Positions 51,481 through 63,606 of a DNA stretch of 64,000 nt are shown here, one piece after another. Below the pieces are notes generated by a model. That model ran no database searches. It was not told where the DNA came from and saw only the letters and a program-made list of their open reading frames with translations. The position numbers and the translations under genes were made by a program. Positions within the stretch are counted from its first letter, which is position 1. Every line of letters begins with the position of its first letter. The DNA is from Hamiltosporidium tvaerminnensis FI-OER-3-3 (taxonomy: Eukaryota; Fungi; Microsporidia), in assembly GCA_022605425.2 (NCBI GenBank), contig JAKIMF020000001.1, positions 1,922,001 through 1,986,000 on the forward strand. Direction: 5' to 3'.

Positions 51481-53223
51481 TTATTTTATTTTAAAAATAG
51501 TTTCCTGGTATTTATAAATATCTTTTACAAGTTCAATAAATACACCATCTTCTCCTAACTCAACTACCCCATTATCTAATAGATTTATTCCATTTTCACC
51601 GCTGATTTTAGGATTGTATATGGTACCAAGAGAAAATCCTATAAATTTGTTTTCTCTCGAGTTAATTGTCATTTTCGAGAACAAGTATTCACATTTATAC
51701 CCCAATATATCGGAAAACATAGTTTTAGAATTTTCTGCTAAAATTTGATTCTTTTCAACCTCTTTAAAAACTAGAGAATCATCAAATGATTTTTTCATTT
51801 CCAATAATTCGATTGCAAAATGATATTTCTGTTTAATCAGATACGGCATAACAGCATTATTAAAATTTTTTTGTGTATCGAAATAAAAATTTTTGTATTT
51901 TTTTTCCATATTTTTATCATTTAAATTTAAAATTATGTTTAAATCCGACCATAAAAAACATAAATTTTCATGTTGAATATTTCTTATACTCAACTCTTTA
52001 AACATCTTAGTAACTTCGGAATAAAAACAGAAGAATCTGCAAATAAACATGTAAATCAATTTTATCTCATAGTTTGTTTCGAATGTATCTTTATGAATAA
52101 ACGAAACGTACAAAGCCAAAATCAACATTTTTTCATTTCTAGATCCTATAAGCAAAGAAAGAAGTATTTTTATGTTTATTAGAGATTTTTCTTTTGTATA
52201 AATATCGAACATCTCTTTGATTATAGTAAAATTATTAATATCATCAGTTAGTTTTTCTGTTTCAATATTTTTTATATTTTCAATAAAAATTTCATAAACT
52301 CTTGGCAAATCTTGAATTTTTTTAAAATTTAAAATTTCACACGTTTTTAAAATCAATGAAAAACAATTCGAATTAATAATAATTTCTCTTCCTATATCAT
52401 CACTCTTAGTATTTAATAAATTATAAAATTTATAATTCAATGAATTTCTTGGTTTCAATATAATATTTTCATTTATTGCTTTCTGATATATTTTCCAATC
52501 ATCTGTATAATCAAGTAAAAAATCAAAAACATTTACGGTGTCACATTTTCTAAATATTTCTTCATTTATAGATTTTCCATGTTCAATAAATTTATTGATT
52601 TCATATCCTTTAATAAAAAGTTCTTTTAAAATAAAAAAATATGTCATATTAAGTTGTTCGAATGTAAATAATTTATTTTGAACCGTTTCTATCAATAAAT
52701 CATTTTTAATTAAAAAATATAAAACTTCTAATGAAACCTTTTCATCTTTAAGTAATAATTCTAGCATTTTTTCTTGTTTATTCTCTTTAAGAATAATTAT
52801 ATGACAAAGACAACTAAATATCATAAACGTTTTATTTTTTCTAAGCATTTTAATTCCTATTTCGTCAGAACCCTTAAAATCGCCATTCAGAATACATGCT
52901 TCGTACAAGTCTTCTTCAGATTTACCAAAAATTTTTACATAATTTTTAAATTCAACTGTTTTATTCAAATTCTTAAAAACAGATGTGATATAATAATAGT
53001 AGCCCTTGGTTGTGGGTACTGTAATAGGAATTTCTCTCGCTTCAGTATACCTTTCTAACTCCGTTAATATATATGCATGTAATATTTCTAGTAGACCATC
53101 GTTATACTCTTTTTGAAGTGTTAAAATATAATCAATGGCTTCTTCATATTCTTTATTACATAATTTTTGAACAATTTTTATAAAACAATCATGAGATAAC
53201 GTTTTTGATGGGGTACTACTCAT
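51481..53223 (-). CDS. NAA25: NatB N-acetyltransferase auxiliary subunit (MDM20/NAA25-like), 580 aa
   Basis: TPR-like N-terminus; FKELSIRNIQHENL matches the family motif Y..L.IK.IQ.DTL; CCCC upstream of ATG. Confidence 0.75.
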   Translation of the reverse strand: MSSTPSKTLSHDCFIKIVQKLCNKEYEEAIDYILTLQKEYNDGLLEILHAYILTELERYTEAREIPITVPTTKGYYYYITSVFKNLNKTVEFKNYVKIFGKSEEDLYEACILNGDFKGSDEIGIKMLRKNKTFMIFSCLCHIIILKENKQEKMLELLLKDEKVSLEVLYFLIKNDLLIETVQNKLFTFEQLNMTYFFILKELFIKGYEINKFIEHGKSINEEIFRKCDTVNVFDFLLDYTDDWKIYQKAINENIILKPRNSLNYKFYNLLNTKSDDIGREIIINSNCFSLILKTCEILNFKKIQDLPRVYEIFIENIKNIETEKLTDDINNFTIIKEMFDIYTKEKSLINIKILLSLLIGSRNEKMLILALYVSFIHKDTFETNYEIKLIYMFICRFFCFYSEVTKMFKELSIRNIQHENLCFLWSDLNIILNLNDKNMEKKYKNFYFDTQKNFNNAVMPYLIKQKYHFAIELLEMKKSFDDSLVFKEVEKNQILAENSKTMFSDILGYKCEYLFSKMTINSRENKFIGFSLGTIYNPKISGENGINLLDNGVVELGEDGVFIELVKDIYKYQETIFKIK

Positions 53224-53749
53224 TTAAAGTGGGGTATTTTTTTAATTTTTTAAATTAAGTTATTTTCTATTCAGAAATAGAATTAAGAAATAATATATTT
53301 GTCTCAAATACACACACATAAGTATTTCATGAATTATATTTACAATACAAACTTTTAATTGTGATAAGAAATATTTTCTTTTCGAAAAATAATTAAACAA
53401 TTAATTTATTCTATACCATATATATTCATTATGTATTAATTGGAATAATTAAAGAAATGAAAAATATTTTAAAATTTAAAATTTAAAAGATTCTTAAATT
53501 ATCGTTTAGAATTATAAAGAATTGATTTATACTTTAATGATTTACAAATTAATTCATATTTATTAATTTTAGAATATTTAAAAAAAAATTAAAATATTTC
53601 AAGCATAAACAGAAAAAAGTAACAAAAAAAAATCAAGTTTAAACAAAAGATGAGTGTATAACTAACTAACTAACTAACTTCAAAAAACACATTGATTCAT
53701 TAAATTGATAAAAATTATATTAAAAAAAACACATAACAAGGGTGGTAAA

Positions 53750-54150
53750 TTTAGGCACTACTGTGTTTAAGAAAGTTTTAAAAATGAGTATGTGGAAATA
53801 AGAGTGAACACCAGAATAAAAAACGATGTCAAAATTCGAAATAATAGACCCGATATATTTATTTTAGAAAGCAAGATAGAGCTTATTGGTTCGAAATTGC
53901 TTCACAAGATTTGCTTCAAATTTTTGAAACCGAAAAAACAACGGAAGTACGGCTTTTTAGCAAATTAGTTATGTCTTGTCTAAATCAAAGAGCTTAGATG
54001 ACTTCTTAGTAGCTCGCTTTATATAAAACTGTTATTAAATACCATAAAATGTATCTTAAAAGACTTCAAATACTCACAATAATAGAAGTGAATACGGTTG
54101 ATTGTATTTAAAAATACATTTAAATTAATTTGTTTGAATTGAAGAAGAAT
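53750..54150 (+). mobile_element. Decayed RLE LINE endonuclease-region fragment
   Basis: NEYVEIRVNTRIKNDVKIRNNRPDIFIL closely matches the intact element. Confidence 0.82.
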
Positions 54151-55596
54151 TGGATTCAAAAACAATTTGAAACAATTATTCTTTGATTTTATACAAGAAC
54201 TATGGGATATAACCAATCTTACATCAAAATATATGTAGAAAACAGGAAGAAAATTTTAGTTTTTAAAAACATAAAATTTTGAGTATTGAAATTATGTGAA
54301 AGAAACAAAGATGATGTAATGTCTCAAAAATAGAAAAAAAGTTGAATATAAGCAAGGAGCGAATAAAAAAAAAAGAGACATTTAAAACAAAATAATCGAT
54401 CATCATGTAAATTTAATATGTCTAGAATCTTAGTATTACAGATAAATCAATTCAATAAAAATCTTTTGAACAAAATATTCGAAAGCTTTTTATTATATTT
54501 TATTTAATTCTAATCATAAAGTTTAACATTTTGAATTTAAAATTTAGATTTACAGTTTATTTTATAAATTTTAGATGAACATATAATTATTTTAGCATAT
54601 TTTCATAACGTATTACAAAATTATAAAATAAAAAGATATAAAGACATATAAAACGGAAATGTAAGTGGCGGTTTTGATTTCTTTTCAAAAGTTTACATAA
54701 TATACTTAAAATGGATATAAATACAAAAAAACAATTTAAATTAAATTTTTAAGATTTTTAGAAAATCTTTTCCAACTCATATTGAAACAAACTTATGATT
54801 TTATATGAATAATCTAAAAAAATGAGAATGTTCACATCTCTATAAAAACGAAAGAAACACCAAATATAATCTAAGAGAATTGAATCAATGATAGTTTAGT
54901 AAATTAAATTAGACAAATATATTAATCATTTAAAATTTATACTGTTATATAATCTAATTGTATATGTAAAACAGTATTCCATCATACTTTTCTAATTTTT
55001 TCTATAAATAAAGCACATAATTACTTCAAAAGAAAATATCATAATTTAATAACTAAACTTTGCCACATTTCTCTTTAAAATATCAAGATTGATCAATCAC
55101 TAACTTAAAAGTAAGAATATATAACAAAATCTTTATTTAAACATCAAAATATTTTATCATAAATTAAGATAAATTACTTCCAAATTATATTTAAATATTA
55201 TTTTCATCTATAAATTTGGTTTTTTAGATCAAAAAAATTACAAATTTTATTAACAATTTTTAACCAAATTTCCAATCAGTAATTTATAAAGAATTTTATA
55301 TCTTGCTTATAATAAAAAAATTATTTGTTTTATACATTTCAGATAATTTATAAAAGTTTTTTGTATAAAAAATAGATTTATAAAAATGCTATTTATTTCG
55401 TTTTTACACGAATATTTCTATATTTCTAAATATAATTCGTCTTGACATTCATTTTTGGTGCAAATTTTTCTATTTAAATCTAATAAATGTCTTACGATTC
55501 AGTAAAATACTAATATATTAGAAATATCTATATTTTACATTAAATTAATAAATATATATACTATTCTATTAACGAAGAAAAACTTTGAAGCGATTT

Positions 55597-55955
55597 ACTG
55601 GTAATTCAACAATATACTATATTATTAATTTAAATACTTCTATACCACAGTAGATATAAAGAAAATAGCAAAGAGAATTACTGGTGTTTCAACAATATAC
55701 TATATTATTAATTTAAATACTTCTATACCACAGTAGATATAAAGAAAATAGCAAAGAGAATTACTGGTGTTTCAACAATATACTATATTATTAATTTAAA
55801 TACTTCTATACCACAGTAGATATAAAGAAAATAGCAAAGAGAATTACTGGTGTTTCAACAATATACTATATTATTTGTTTAAATACTTCTTTACCACACT
55901 AGATATAAAGAAAATAGCAAAGAGAATTACTGGTGTTTCAACAATATACTATTAT
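55597..55955. repeat. 83-bp tandem minisatellite, ~4.3 copies
   Basis: ACTGGT unit starts at 55597, 55680, 55763, 55846 and 55929. Confidence 0.95.
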
Positions 55956-56295
55956 TCTATTAAATAAGAAAAAAAAGTATAAGATATCATAAGACCAATC
56001 AAACCAAAAAAAATATTACTTATCATTTAGCTAAAGTAAAATTACATTAAAAAACTATTAATAACTTTTATTCGGATTTCTATTTTCACTTCAAAGAATT
56101 TAAAAGCACAATTTCTTATTAATAATTTAATTTACAAATTTAATTTCTACATTTTTATATTTCAAAAAATATTTTAAGATAAAAAAAATAAAATAATACA
56201 AACAAAAAAAATAAATTTAATTAAAGAAAACCAAGTAACATAACAATATAAAATATTAAATGAAATTCTAGATAAATATATTTTATTACGTTCCT

Positions 56296-56470
56296 ATTTT
56301 CTTACTTTTATATTTTCTTACTTTCTAATCTTCTTACTCTTTAATTTTCTTACTTTCTAATTGTCTCATCTTTTAATTGTCTCATCTTCTAATTGTCTCA
56401 TCTTCTAATTGTCTCATCTTCTAATTGTCTCATCTTCTAATTTTCTTACTTTTATATTTTCTTACTTTTT
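56296..56470. repeat. 16-bp tandem repeat (TTCTAATTGTCTCATC / TTTTCTTACTTTTATA variants)
   Basis: Visible tandem units. Confidence 0.85.
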
Positions 56471-56779
56471 AATATTTTTTTCCATCATTTTAAAGTAAAT
56501 GATTATTACCAATATAACTTAAATCATTTGAAATACTTTTTTATATTTTTATCGATAAATTATTTTTTTTTTCTTGCAATTGAAATTTCTTTTTTTAATA
56601 ACACAAAACCAAACTTATTCTAATTGTTATTATGACTCATGAGTTATACATATCTTAACTAATAAATAAATAATTTTTATTTCTAATTATTACTGATGTT
56701 TCTATTTACTTATACTATGTTCAATATATTGACCAGAAGAACGATTTATTTTTTCTTTTATTCCAATATTCTTTTTACC

Positions 56780-56980
56780 AACCAATACATACCAACTAGT
56801 AGAATACCAATTAATATTAAATACCGAATAGTAGAATACCAATTAATATTAAATACAAACTAGTAGACTACAAATTTATATTAAATACCGAATAGTAGAA
56901 TACTAATACATACCAACTAATATTAAATACCAACTAGTAGAATACTAATACATATTAAATACCGAATTGTAGAATACTAA
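56780..56980. repeat. Imperfect ~31-bp repeat (AATACCGAATAGTAGAATACCAATTAATATT)
   Basis: Visible repeated units. Confidence 0.8.
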
Positions 56981-57164
56981 ATATTCTTTCAATGTAAAAT
57001 TAAATCATCAAATATTTCCGTTAGAATTAAATAATTGATATTAATAAATTAAATAATTCTCTATTAAATAACAAGATATATAATTTTATTGTTTATCTTT
57101 TTTTTTTCTACACTAAAATGTAAAATAATAACTCTTTATCCACCTTTTCCTCTCTCTTTGAAAT

Positions 57165-57440
57165 ATCTTATACTCTACTATTATATTCTACTATTATACT
57201 CTACTATTATACTCTACCATTTTACTCTACTATTATATTCTACCATTATTATATTACCATTATTATATTACATCATTATACTCTACTATTATTATACTCT
57301 ACTATTATTATATTCTACTACTATTATATTACATCATTATATTTACTTGTATAATCATTACTTGGTTATCTATTTTTATCTACAAAAGACATAGCTTGTA
57401 TTCTATAATACTATATTCTAGTATTATACTCTACATTTTC
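57165..57440. repeat. Low-complexity TACTCTACTATTAT-type repeat
   Basis: Repeated short units; explains the Tyr/Leu/Ile-rich ORF 57089..57394. Confidence 0.85.
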
Positions 57441-58065
57441 TTCTTTCCATAGAATAACCAATTAATTCTTTACTTATCTGTATTATCAGAATAGAGAAAG
57501 ATAGAAATAAATTTCTTATTTATAATACAACGCAGTAATATTAAAGATAGACTTCTAAACCAGAATTTCTACAAATTTATAGATAATTTACATCTGTTTT
57601 TATAGTTTTTTTACTTATTTTAAATAAAGATTTTACATCTGTTTTAATAGTTTTTACAAATTTAAACAAATATTTTACTACTTATTTTAATACATTTTTA
57701 CAAATATTTTACATCTGTTTTACTACATTTCTCATATTTTTTCACAGTGAAAACTAAATAAATTGCACATTTTTTAAAATTTTAATTTTTCATATATTTA
57801 GTAAATTAAATCCTCAGAATTACCATTTTTGAATCCGTTAATTATTAGAAAGTCTTTGAATTAACACTCTACTTATTCTCTATTTAGAATCCAAAATATC
57901 ATACTACTGTCTAATTATTAATTTAAAATTCATCTTTATTCATTTTATTCTCTATTTAGAATCTAGATTATTATACTAATGTCTAATAATTAACACCTCT
58001 TAACTTACCTCTCTAAAAGAAATTTCTAAAAGAAATTTTTTAGAAAAAAAAAGTTATAAATTTAG

Positions 58066-58083
58066 AAAAAAAAATACCCCTCC
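58066..58083 (+). promoter_or_regulatory. Microsporidian-type A-run plus CCC motif before the NTT start codon
   Basis: AAAAAAAAATACCCCTCC-ATG; the same motif precedes PSMA6, SPCS1 and NAA25 here. Confidence 0.65.
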
Positions 58084-59736
58084 ATGGAAACAGAAACATC
58101 TCCTCGCGATCGAATAGATCCCTCCAACAGTCTTCCTACTGAAGCACAGATAGAAGCAATAGCTCGTTCAGGAACAGGCATCTGGTCACATTTCAAAGTC
58201 GCACCACAAGAACGTCCCAAGTTTTGGTTTATGTGCGCCATTTTTCTAATCATTGCCTACATATATTCAGTTATGAGAGATATGAAAGATGTGTTGGTAA
58301 CTGAAAGACTGGACCCTGCCTCTCTCTCGTATTTGAAAATGCTTTTCGTTACTCCGATTTCTATTTTGGTAGTAGTTTTGTTACAGAAACCACTCTCTAG
58401 ATACGGTGTTGGTCCAGTTTTCAATGCTGTGGTTATCGTATTTGGAATCTACAATGTTGTCTACGGTTTGGTTGTTATTCCTCTTCAGAATACTTTAGAA
58501 CCGAGTCCGTTTCTTTTTAGGGACTCGTTTGGTGATGGAAAAATGGCAGTGCGTGGTTTAGAAGCTCTTTTGGGTGTTCTTCTCACTCTAAACTCATATA
58601 CCACCACCATTGCCTACGTATTTGCAGAACTCTGGGGAAATGTAGTTCTTTCTCTTCTTTTCCTCAACTACTCAAATATGAACTGCTCTTACTCTCAGTC
58701 CATGCGCTTCACTCCCTGCCTCTTTATATTTTCAAACGTTGGTCTCTTCTTTAGTGGACTTACCATGTTAGGAATCTGTTTTGTTCATCCATACTTAGGT
58801 TACATCTCAAATAGATGGATTCTTAGATCTGTCTTTATAGGTGCAGGTCTTCTCTGTCTTTTTATAATTTATCTTAAAAATAGATTAGAAAGAACTGTCT
58901 TATCAGTTCCTATCTGTATTACTGAAGGGTCTGGTGTTAGAAAACAGAAAGCTCATGTCTCTATCCTTGCTGGTCTTAAAGAATTATTTGGTTCAAAAGT
59001 ATTATTTAACACCAGTCTTATAGTATTTTTATATAATCTTTGTACTAACATGGTAGAGGCAAGTTATAAGAGTTGTATGAGAGTTTGTGCAGATCAGAAG
59101 AACAAAGCAGTAGGAATACATGTCATGGGGAGACAAGCTGTGATGCAGTTGGTGATTGCAATGATAGTTATTGTATTATTGTTGACACCTTTCAGTACAA
59201 TTATACAGAGGAAAGGAATTTATTCAGTTGCAGTTGTTCCACCTGTGTTTGCCTTGGTAGCACTGGTGGGTGTGTTTGGTCTTGCAGCTTATAATACTGC
59301 TGCTTCTAAAAAAAGTTTTGAGTGGTTGAATACCATGTTTGCTGGTGCGTCTGCTCACATTTCTGCAGAAGAATTTGTTGGTTTAATTTGTGTGAGCGGT
59401 TTTAAGATTTTAAAATACGGAGCTTTCGATATTTGTAAAGAAGCCATAAGTATGAAAATAAGTGCAAGTATACGTTCTATGTTCAAGAGTGTGGTGGATG
59501 GTGTGTGTGGTAAGTTGGGAAAGAGTGGTGGTGGTTTATTAACTACACTAACCAATTTAGTTTTAAACACGAATGATATAAGAACAGCTGCACCATTTTC
59601 TTTAATTTTAGTTGTACTTTTCTGTCTTGCTTGGATTAAAAGTGTGGGATATTTGAGTAGAAAATATGAGGAAAGTGTTAAAGGAAATTGTGATATTGAC
59701 TTGGATCCCTTTGTTGTTAAAAAGGTTAAAGGATGA
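58084..59736 (+). CDS. NTT: Nucleotide (ATP/ADP) transporter, TLC/NTT family, 550 aa
   Basis: YSVMRDMKD, YVFAELWGNVVLSLLF, KILKYGAFDICKE, FKSVVDGVCGKLGKSGG; multiple TM helices. Confidence 0.95.
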   Translation: METETSPRDRIDPSNSLPTEAQIEAIARSGTGIWSHFKVAPQERPKFWFMCAIFLIIAYIYSVMRDMKDVLVTERLDPASLSYLKMLFVTPISILVVVLLQKPLSRYGVGPVFNAVVIVFGIYNVVYGLVVIPLQNTLEPSPFLFRDSFGDGKMAVRGLEALLGVLLTLNSYTTTIAYVFAELWGNVVLSLLFLNYSNMNCSYSQSMRFTPCLFIFSNVGLFFSGLTMLGICFVHPYLGYISNRWILRSVFIGAGLLCLFIIYLKNRLERTVLSVPICITEGSGVRKQKAHVSILAGLKELFGSKVLFNTSLIVFLYNLCTNMVEASYKSCMRVCADQKNKAVGIHVMGRQAVMQLVIAMIVIVLLLTPFSTIIQRKGIYSVAVVPPVFALVALVGVFGLAAYNTAASKKSFEWLNTMFAGASAHISAEEFVGLICVSGFKILKYGAFDICKEAISMKISASIRSMFKSVVDGVCGKLGKSGGGLLTTLTNLVLNTNDIRTAAPFSLILVVLFCLAWIKSVGYLSRKYEESVKGNCDIDLDPFVVKKVKG

Positions 59737-59764
59737 GAAATAAATAAATAATTTTTATTTTCTT

Positions 59765-59912
59765 TGTTGGTTTATATTTTGTTAGTTTCTATCTATGTTT
59801 TTATGACTGGTGGTTGTTGGTTTTGGTTTCTATCTATGTTTCTGACTTTTATGTCTGGTGGTTGTTGGTTTCTATCTATGTTCTTATGTCTGTTGGTTTC
59901 TATCTATGTTTG
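59765..59912. repeat. G/T-rich repeat (GTTGGTTTCTATCTATGTT)
   Basis: About four imperfect units downstream of NTT. Confidence 0.75.
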
Positions 59913-60102
59913 ATAGTCTTCCTCTGTAATTTATTTATTTTTTGTTTCTTATTTATGTCAGTTTTTTTATTACAAAAATATATTTGAAAATAAAATTATC
60001 TAACAAATCTAAAGTTCTGTTAAGAAATTAAAGATGAAAATAAATATTCTTGATACTTATTTTTAGAATATAATTTATATTTAAAGTTAAATGAAACTAG
60101 GA

Positions 60103-60504
60103 ATAATATTATTAAAGAGAAATGAGAATTACTTTGAAAGAAGGGTATTTATACACATAAGTCGGTTTTCGATTATTAGAATATAATGAGATAATATTAT
60201 TAAAGAGAAATGAGAATTACTTTGAAAGAAGGGTATTTATACACATAAGTCGGTTTTCGATTATTAGAATATAATGAGATAATATTATTAAAGAGAAATG
60301 AGAATTACTTTGAAAGAAGGGTATTTATACACATAAGTCGGTTTTCGATTATTAGAATATAATGAGATAATATTATTAAAGAGAAATGAGAATTACTTTG
60401 AAAGAAGGGTATTTATACACATAAGTCGGTTTTCGATTATTAGAATATAATGAGATAATATTATTAAAGAGAAATGAGAATTACTTTGAAAGAAGGGTAT
60501 TTAT
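60103..60504. repeat. 88-bp tandem minisatellite, ~4.6 identical copies
   Basis: Unit starts at 60103, 60191, 60279, 60367 and 60455. Confidence 0.95.
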
Positions 60505-60510
60505 CTAGAT

Positions 60511-61271
60511 AAAGGGCCTCCAAACTTAATGTCTCGCGAGCCACATTTAATTCTAAAAAAAAGTATAACGGCCAAAGACTCATTGCCTTTTATGCCCTCA
60601 TTCTCAAAAATATTTCAGACATTTTAATTATTATTATTTTTCTTATTAATATTCTTAAATCTTCATATAGATTTTCATAAATATAAACATGTATACTAAT
60701 CATATTTTATCTAAAAACAAACAAATAAATTACTGAAATTTTATAAAAGTTTCCAGCTACGCAATCTAATTAGGTTAATATATTTGCTTGAGGTTTTATT
60801 TCTGTTTTCGACTCTACCTATTTGTGCCAAGAAACATTTTTTAAAAGGAAATATACAAAAAACAATTACAGATCTAAATTAACAGATAAGCACTTGAAGT
60901 CGTTTCTAGTAATTTCTACTAACAAATTTAACTTGAAATTTAACTTCAAATTTCAACAATTATTACCGAAAAATCTCAACTACATCAATCTCATTAATAA
61001 TAAATTATGCCATATATTTTTTGTTATTTCATTTTGATTCTTTGGATTAAAATAATAAAAAATAATTCTACTTTAAAAAAAATAATGAAAACTCTATTAA
61101 TCTTCTTTGTATTACAAATTAATGCCTAAATTATCTATAATTGCAATTCTTTTTTGTATGATTTAACTATATTTTTTTTATTTTGGTTCCATACTTAAAA
61201 AAATTTACTTAATAGAAATATATCTGACGGGCCAGAAAAATGTAGCTGCCGACCGGATTTGGAGACCCCTG
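60511..61271 (+). mobile_element. Internally deleted hAT (Buster/Charlie-like) element
   Basis: 8-bp TSD ATCTAGAT (60503-10 and 61272-79); TIR AAAGGGCCTCCAAA / TTTGGAGACCCCTG; dimerisation-domain relic TYLCQETF..KY.KNNYRSKLTDKHL. Confidence 0.88.
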
Positions 61272-62130
61272 ATCTAGATGATTCGGTTTACTATTATTAA
61301 AATATAATATACTATGGGTTTTAAAAAGAAAGTTTTAATGTCTTTAAACATTCTAAAGTAGTAGACTGCTTATATATTTGATGTGAAAAAATACACAGAA
61401 AAGAACACTTATGGAATATAATAGCGGGTGTTTCGATTCTACTTTATTAATATATAAATTAAATTAAGGAAATAAATTGAAGTATATTTGTTTAAGATGT
61501 ATTCAAAAATCTGTATGTTGGAATATGAAGAGACAGTAGAATAAACTTTAGTGTCAAAATTCAAAATAATAGACTTTGAATGGTTATTTTAGCTGAAGAT
61601 CCAAGTGAATAACACTTTTAAAAGAATTTTAAAGTCTTGTACAAGTAGATTTAAAATCTTAAAAAACTGTAAGACTCTAAAATCAAAATCACTTAGAAAA
61701 TTAAAATCTTAAAACTATAAAATTTATATTTCTTCGCAAAAAAAGATCTTAAAAGCCTCAAAAATAAAAAATTTATATTTCTTAGAAATCTATATGTCTT
61801 ATTTATAACTATAATGTTAGAATAATTTTCTACTTCATATTTTGTATTTCTCTATTTTATATTTTTAGATTTATATTGTAATCAGATATATTTTAGGATG
61901 ATTTATAATACTTCATTTACCTTAAAGTAAAGCTTATATTCAGTCGATAGTACTTAAGAAGACAGTTAAAACAATTTCTTAAAAAGAAAGGTGGATGAGT
62001 TAAGAATACACAGATATGTATTAAAATATCAAAACAAGTGGTACTTTAACAACATTGCTTATGAATAAGAATATTTTAAACATAAAGATATTTTTAAAAG
62101 TTTAAAATATTTTAAATAAAGTATTTCTAG

Positions 62131-62560
62131 AATAAAATATTCCTAACAAAAAGGTATTATAAGAAGGGAAATGATATAAAATAAATACTCAATATAAGCA
62201 TTTAAAATAAAATATTCATAAAAAGAAACTATTATAAGAAGAGAAATGATATAAAATAAATGCTAAAAAAAAGCATTTAAAATAAAATATTCATAAAAAG
62301 AAACTATTGTAAGAAGAGAAATGATATAAAATAAATACTCAATATAAGCATTTAAAATAAAATATTCATAAAAAGAAACTATTATAAGAAGGGAAATGAT
62401 ATAAAATAAATGCTAAATATAAGCATTCAAAATAAAATATTCCTAACAAAAAGGTATTCTAAGAAGAGAAGTATTATGAAATAAATACCCAGTATAAGCA
62501 TTCAAAATAAAATATTCATAACAAAAAGGTATTGTAAGAAGAGAAATGATATGAAATAGA
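62131..62560. repeat. 75-bp tandem minisatellite, ~5.7 copies
   Basis: AATAAAATATTC at 62131, 62206, 62281, 62356, 62431 and 62506. Confidence 0.92.
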
Positions 62561-63379
62561 TCTATTACAACAAATAAAAAATACTTTGTACATTTGTTCC
62601 TCTTAAAAATATAATTTTACAATAAACTTCAAAATTTGTAATTCTTTCTATTTACTTACTTAGTAAATAGAATTACAGCATTAAGATTTCAATACTTATA
62701 TATTATTACCCTATTACTTTCAAGATAATAGTCTATATATTTCTTTCGTACTCAATGCTACCGATATTTTTTTTATATAACTTAATGATATATTTTGTAT
62801 AAAACTGAGATTTAGCAGACTTTTTATTTCGTAATTATAGACTTTTTTCACTTAGATTTCTGGCATTGTTTCAAGATGACCCAACAGTAAATAATATGTT
62901 TTTTTTACTTCTTTAATCAAACCTAAATTATGATATAAATTTTGATGAATAACTGTTTGTTAGATGAATTATAAAAACCTTTCTTTTTCATAACTCATAT
63001 GTAATACTATTTTATTTATAAATCATTTTATAATTTAAAATTATTAAAATAATTTTTAATTTTTCTTTTTGTTGTCTTTAACTTTTCCTAAGATTTGCAT
63101 GGGTAAAAAATTTTTCTAAAAAAAATATTTTTAAAAACTATGAATTAAAGAAGTAATAATTTAAATATTTCTGTTCATATTCATATAGTAAATCATTACA
63201 TACTTTGATTATTTATTCACAGATTATTTCTTTTGAATGTTTTAATTTTGCTTGGTTTAGTTACAAATGTATTAATAAATGCTTTTTTTACTATCAATGT
63301 ACAATGAAAATTTATGCAGTAAAAATTATTAAATAAATCTAAAATTAAATTAAAAACTTAACTATTTCTACTAAAGCAT

Positions 63380-63600
63380 ATTAAATTAAGCTACTAAATA
63401 TATATTTACAATATAAATCATAAATATAAATCACAAATATAAATTTAATTAGAATCTAACTATATTTGAAATTAAGTCATTAAAAATATAAATCATAAAT
63501 ATAAATTTAATTTGAATCTAAATATATTTGAAATTAAGCTACTAAATATATTTACAATATAAATCATAACTATAAATTTAATTTGAATCTAACTATATTT
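63380..63600. repeat. Imperfect AT-rich tandem repeat (TATAAATCATAAATATAAATTTAATTTGAATCTAA)
   Basis: Three imperfect units. Confidence 0.75.
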
Positions 63601-63606
63601 AAAGAA

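Noticed and set aside
56628-56650. Palindrome containing TGACTCA (AP-1/Gcn4-like site) upstream of NTT
   Set aside because: A single short motif ~1.4 kb from the ATG is expected by chance.
57089-57394. 101-aa Tyr/Leu/Ile-rich ORF
   Set aside because: Translation of a low-complexity repeat with a TTG start.
55597-62560. Regular arrays as possible CRISPRs
   Set aside because: Pure tandem units without unique spacers, no cas genes, eukaryotic context.
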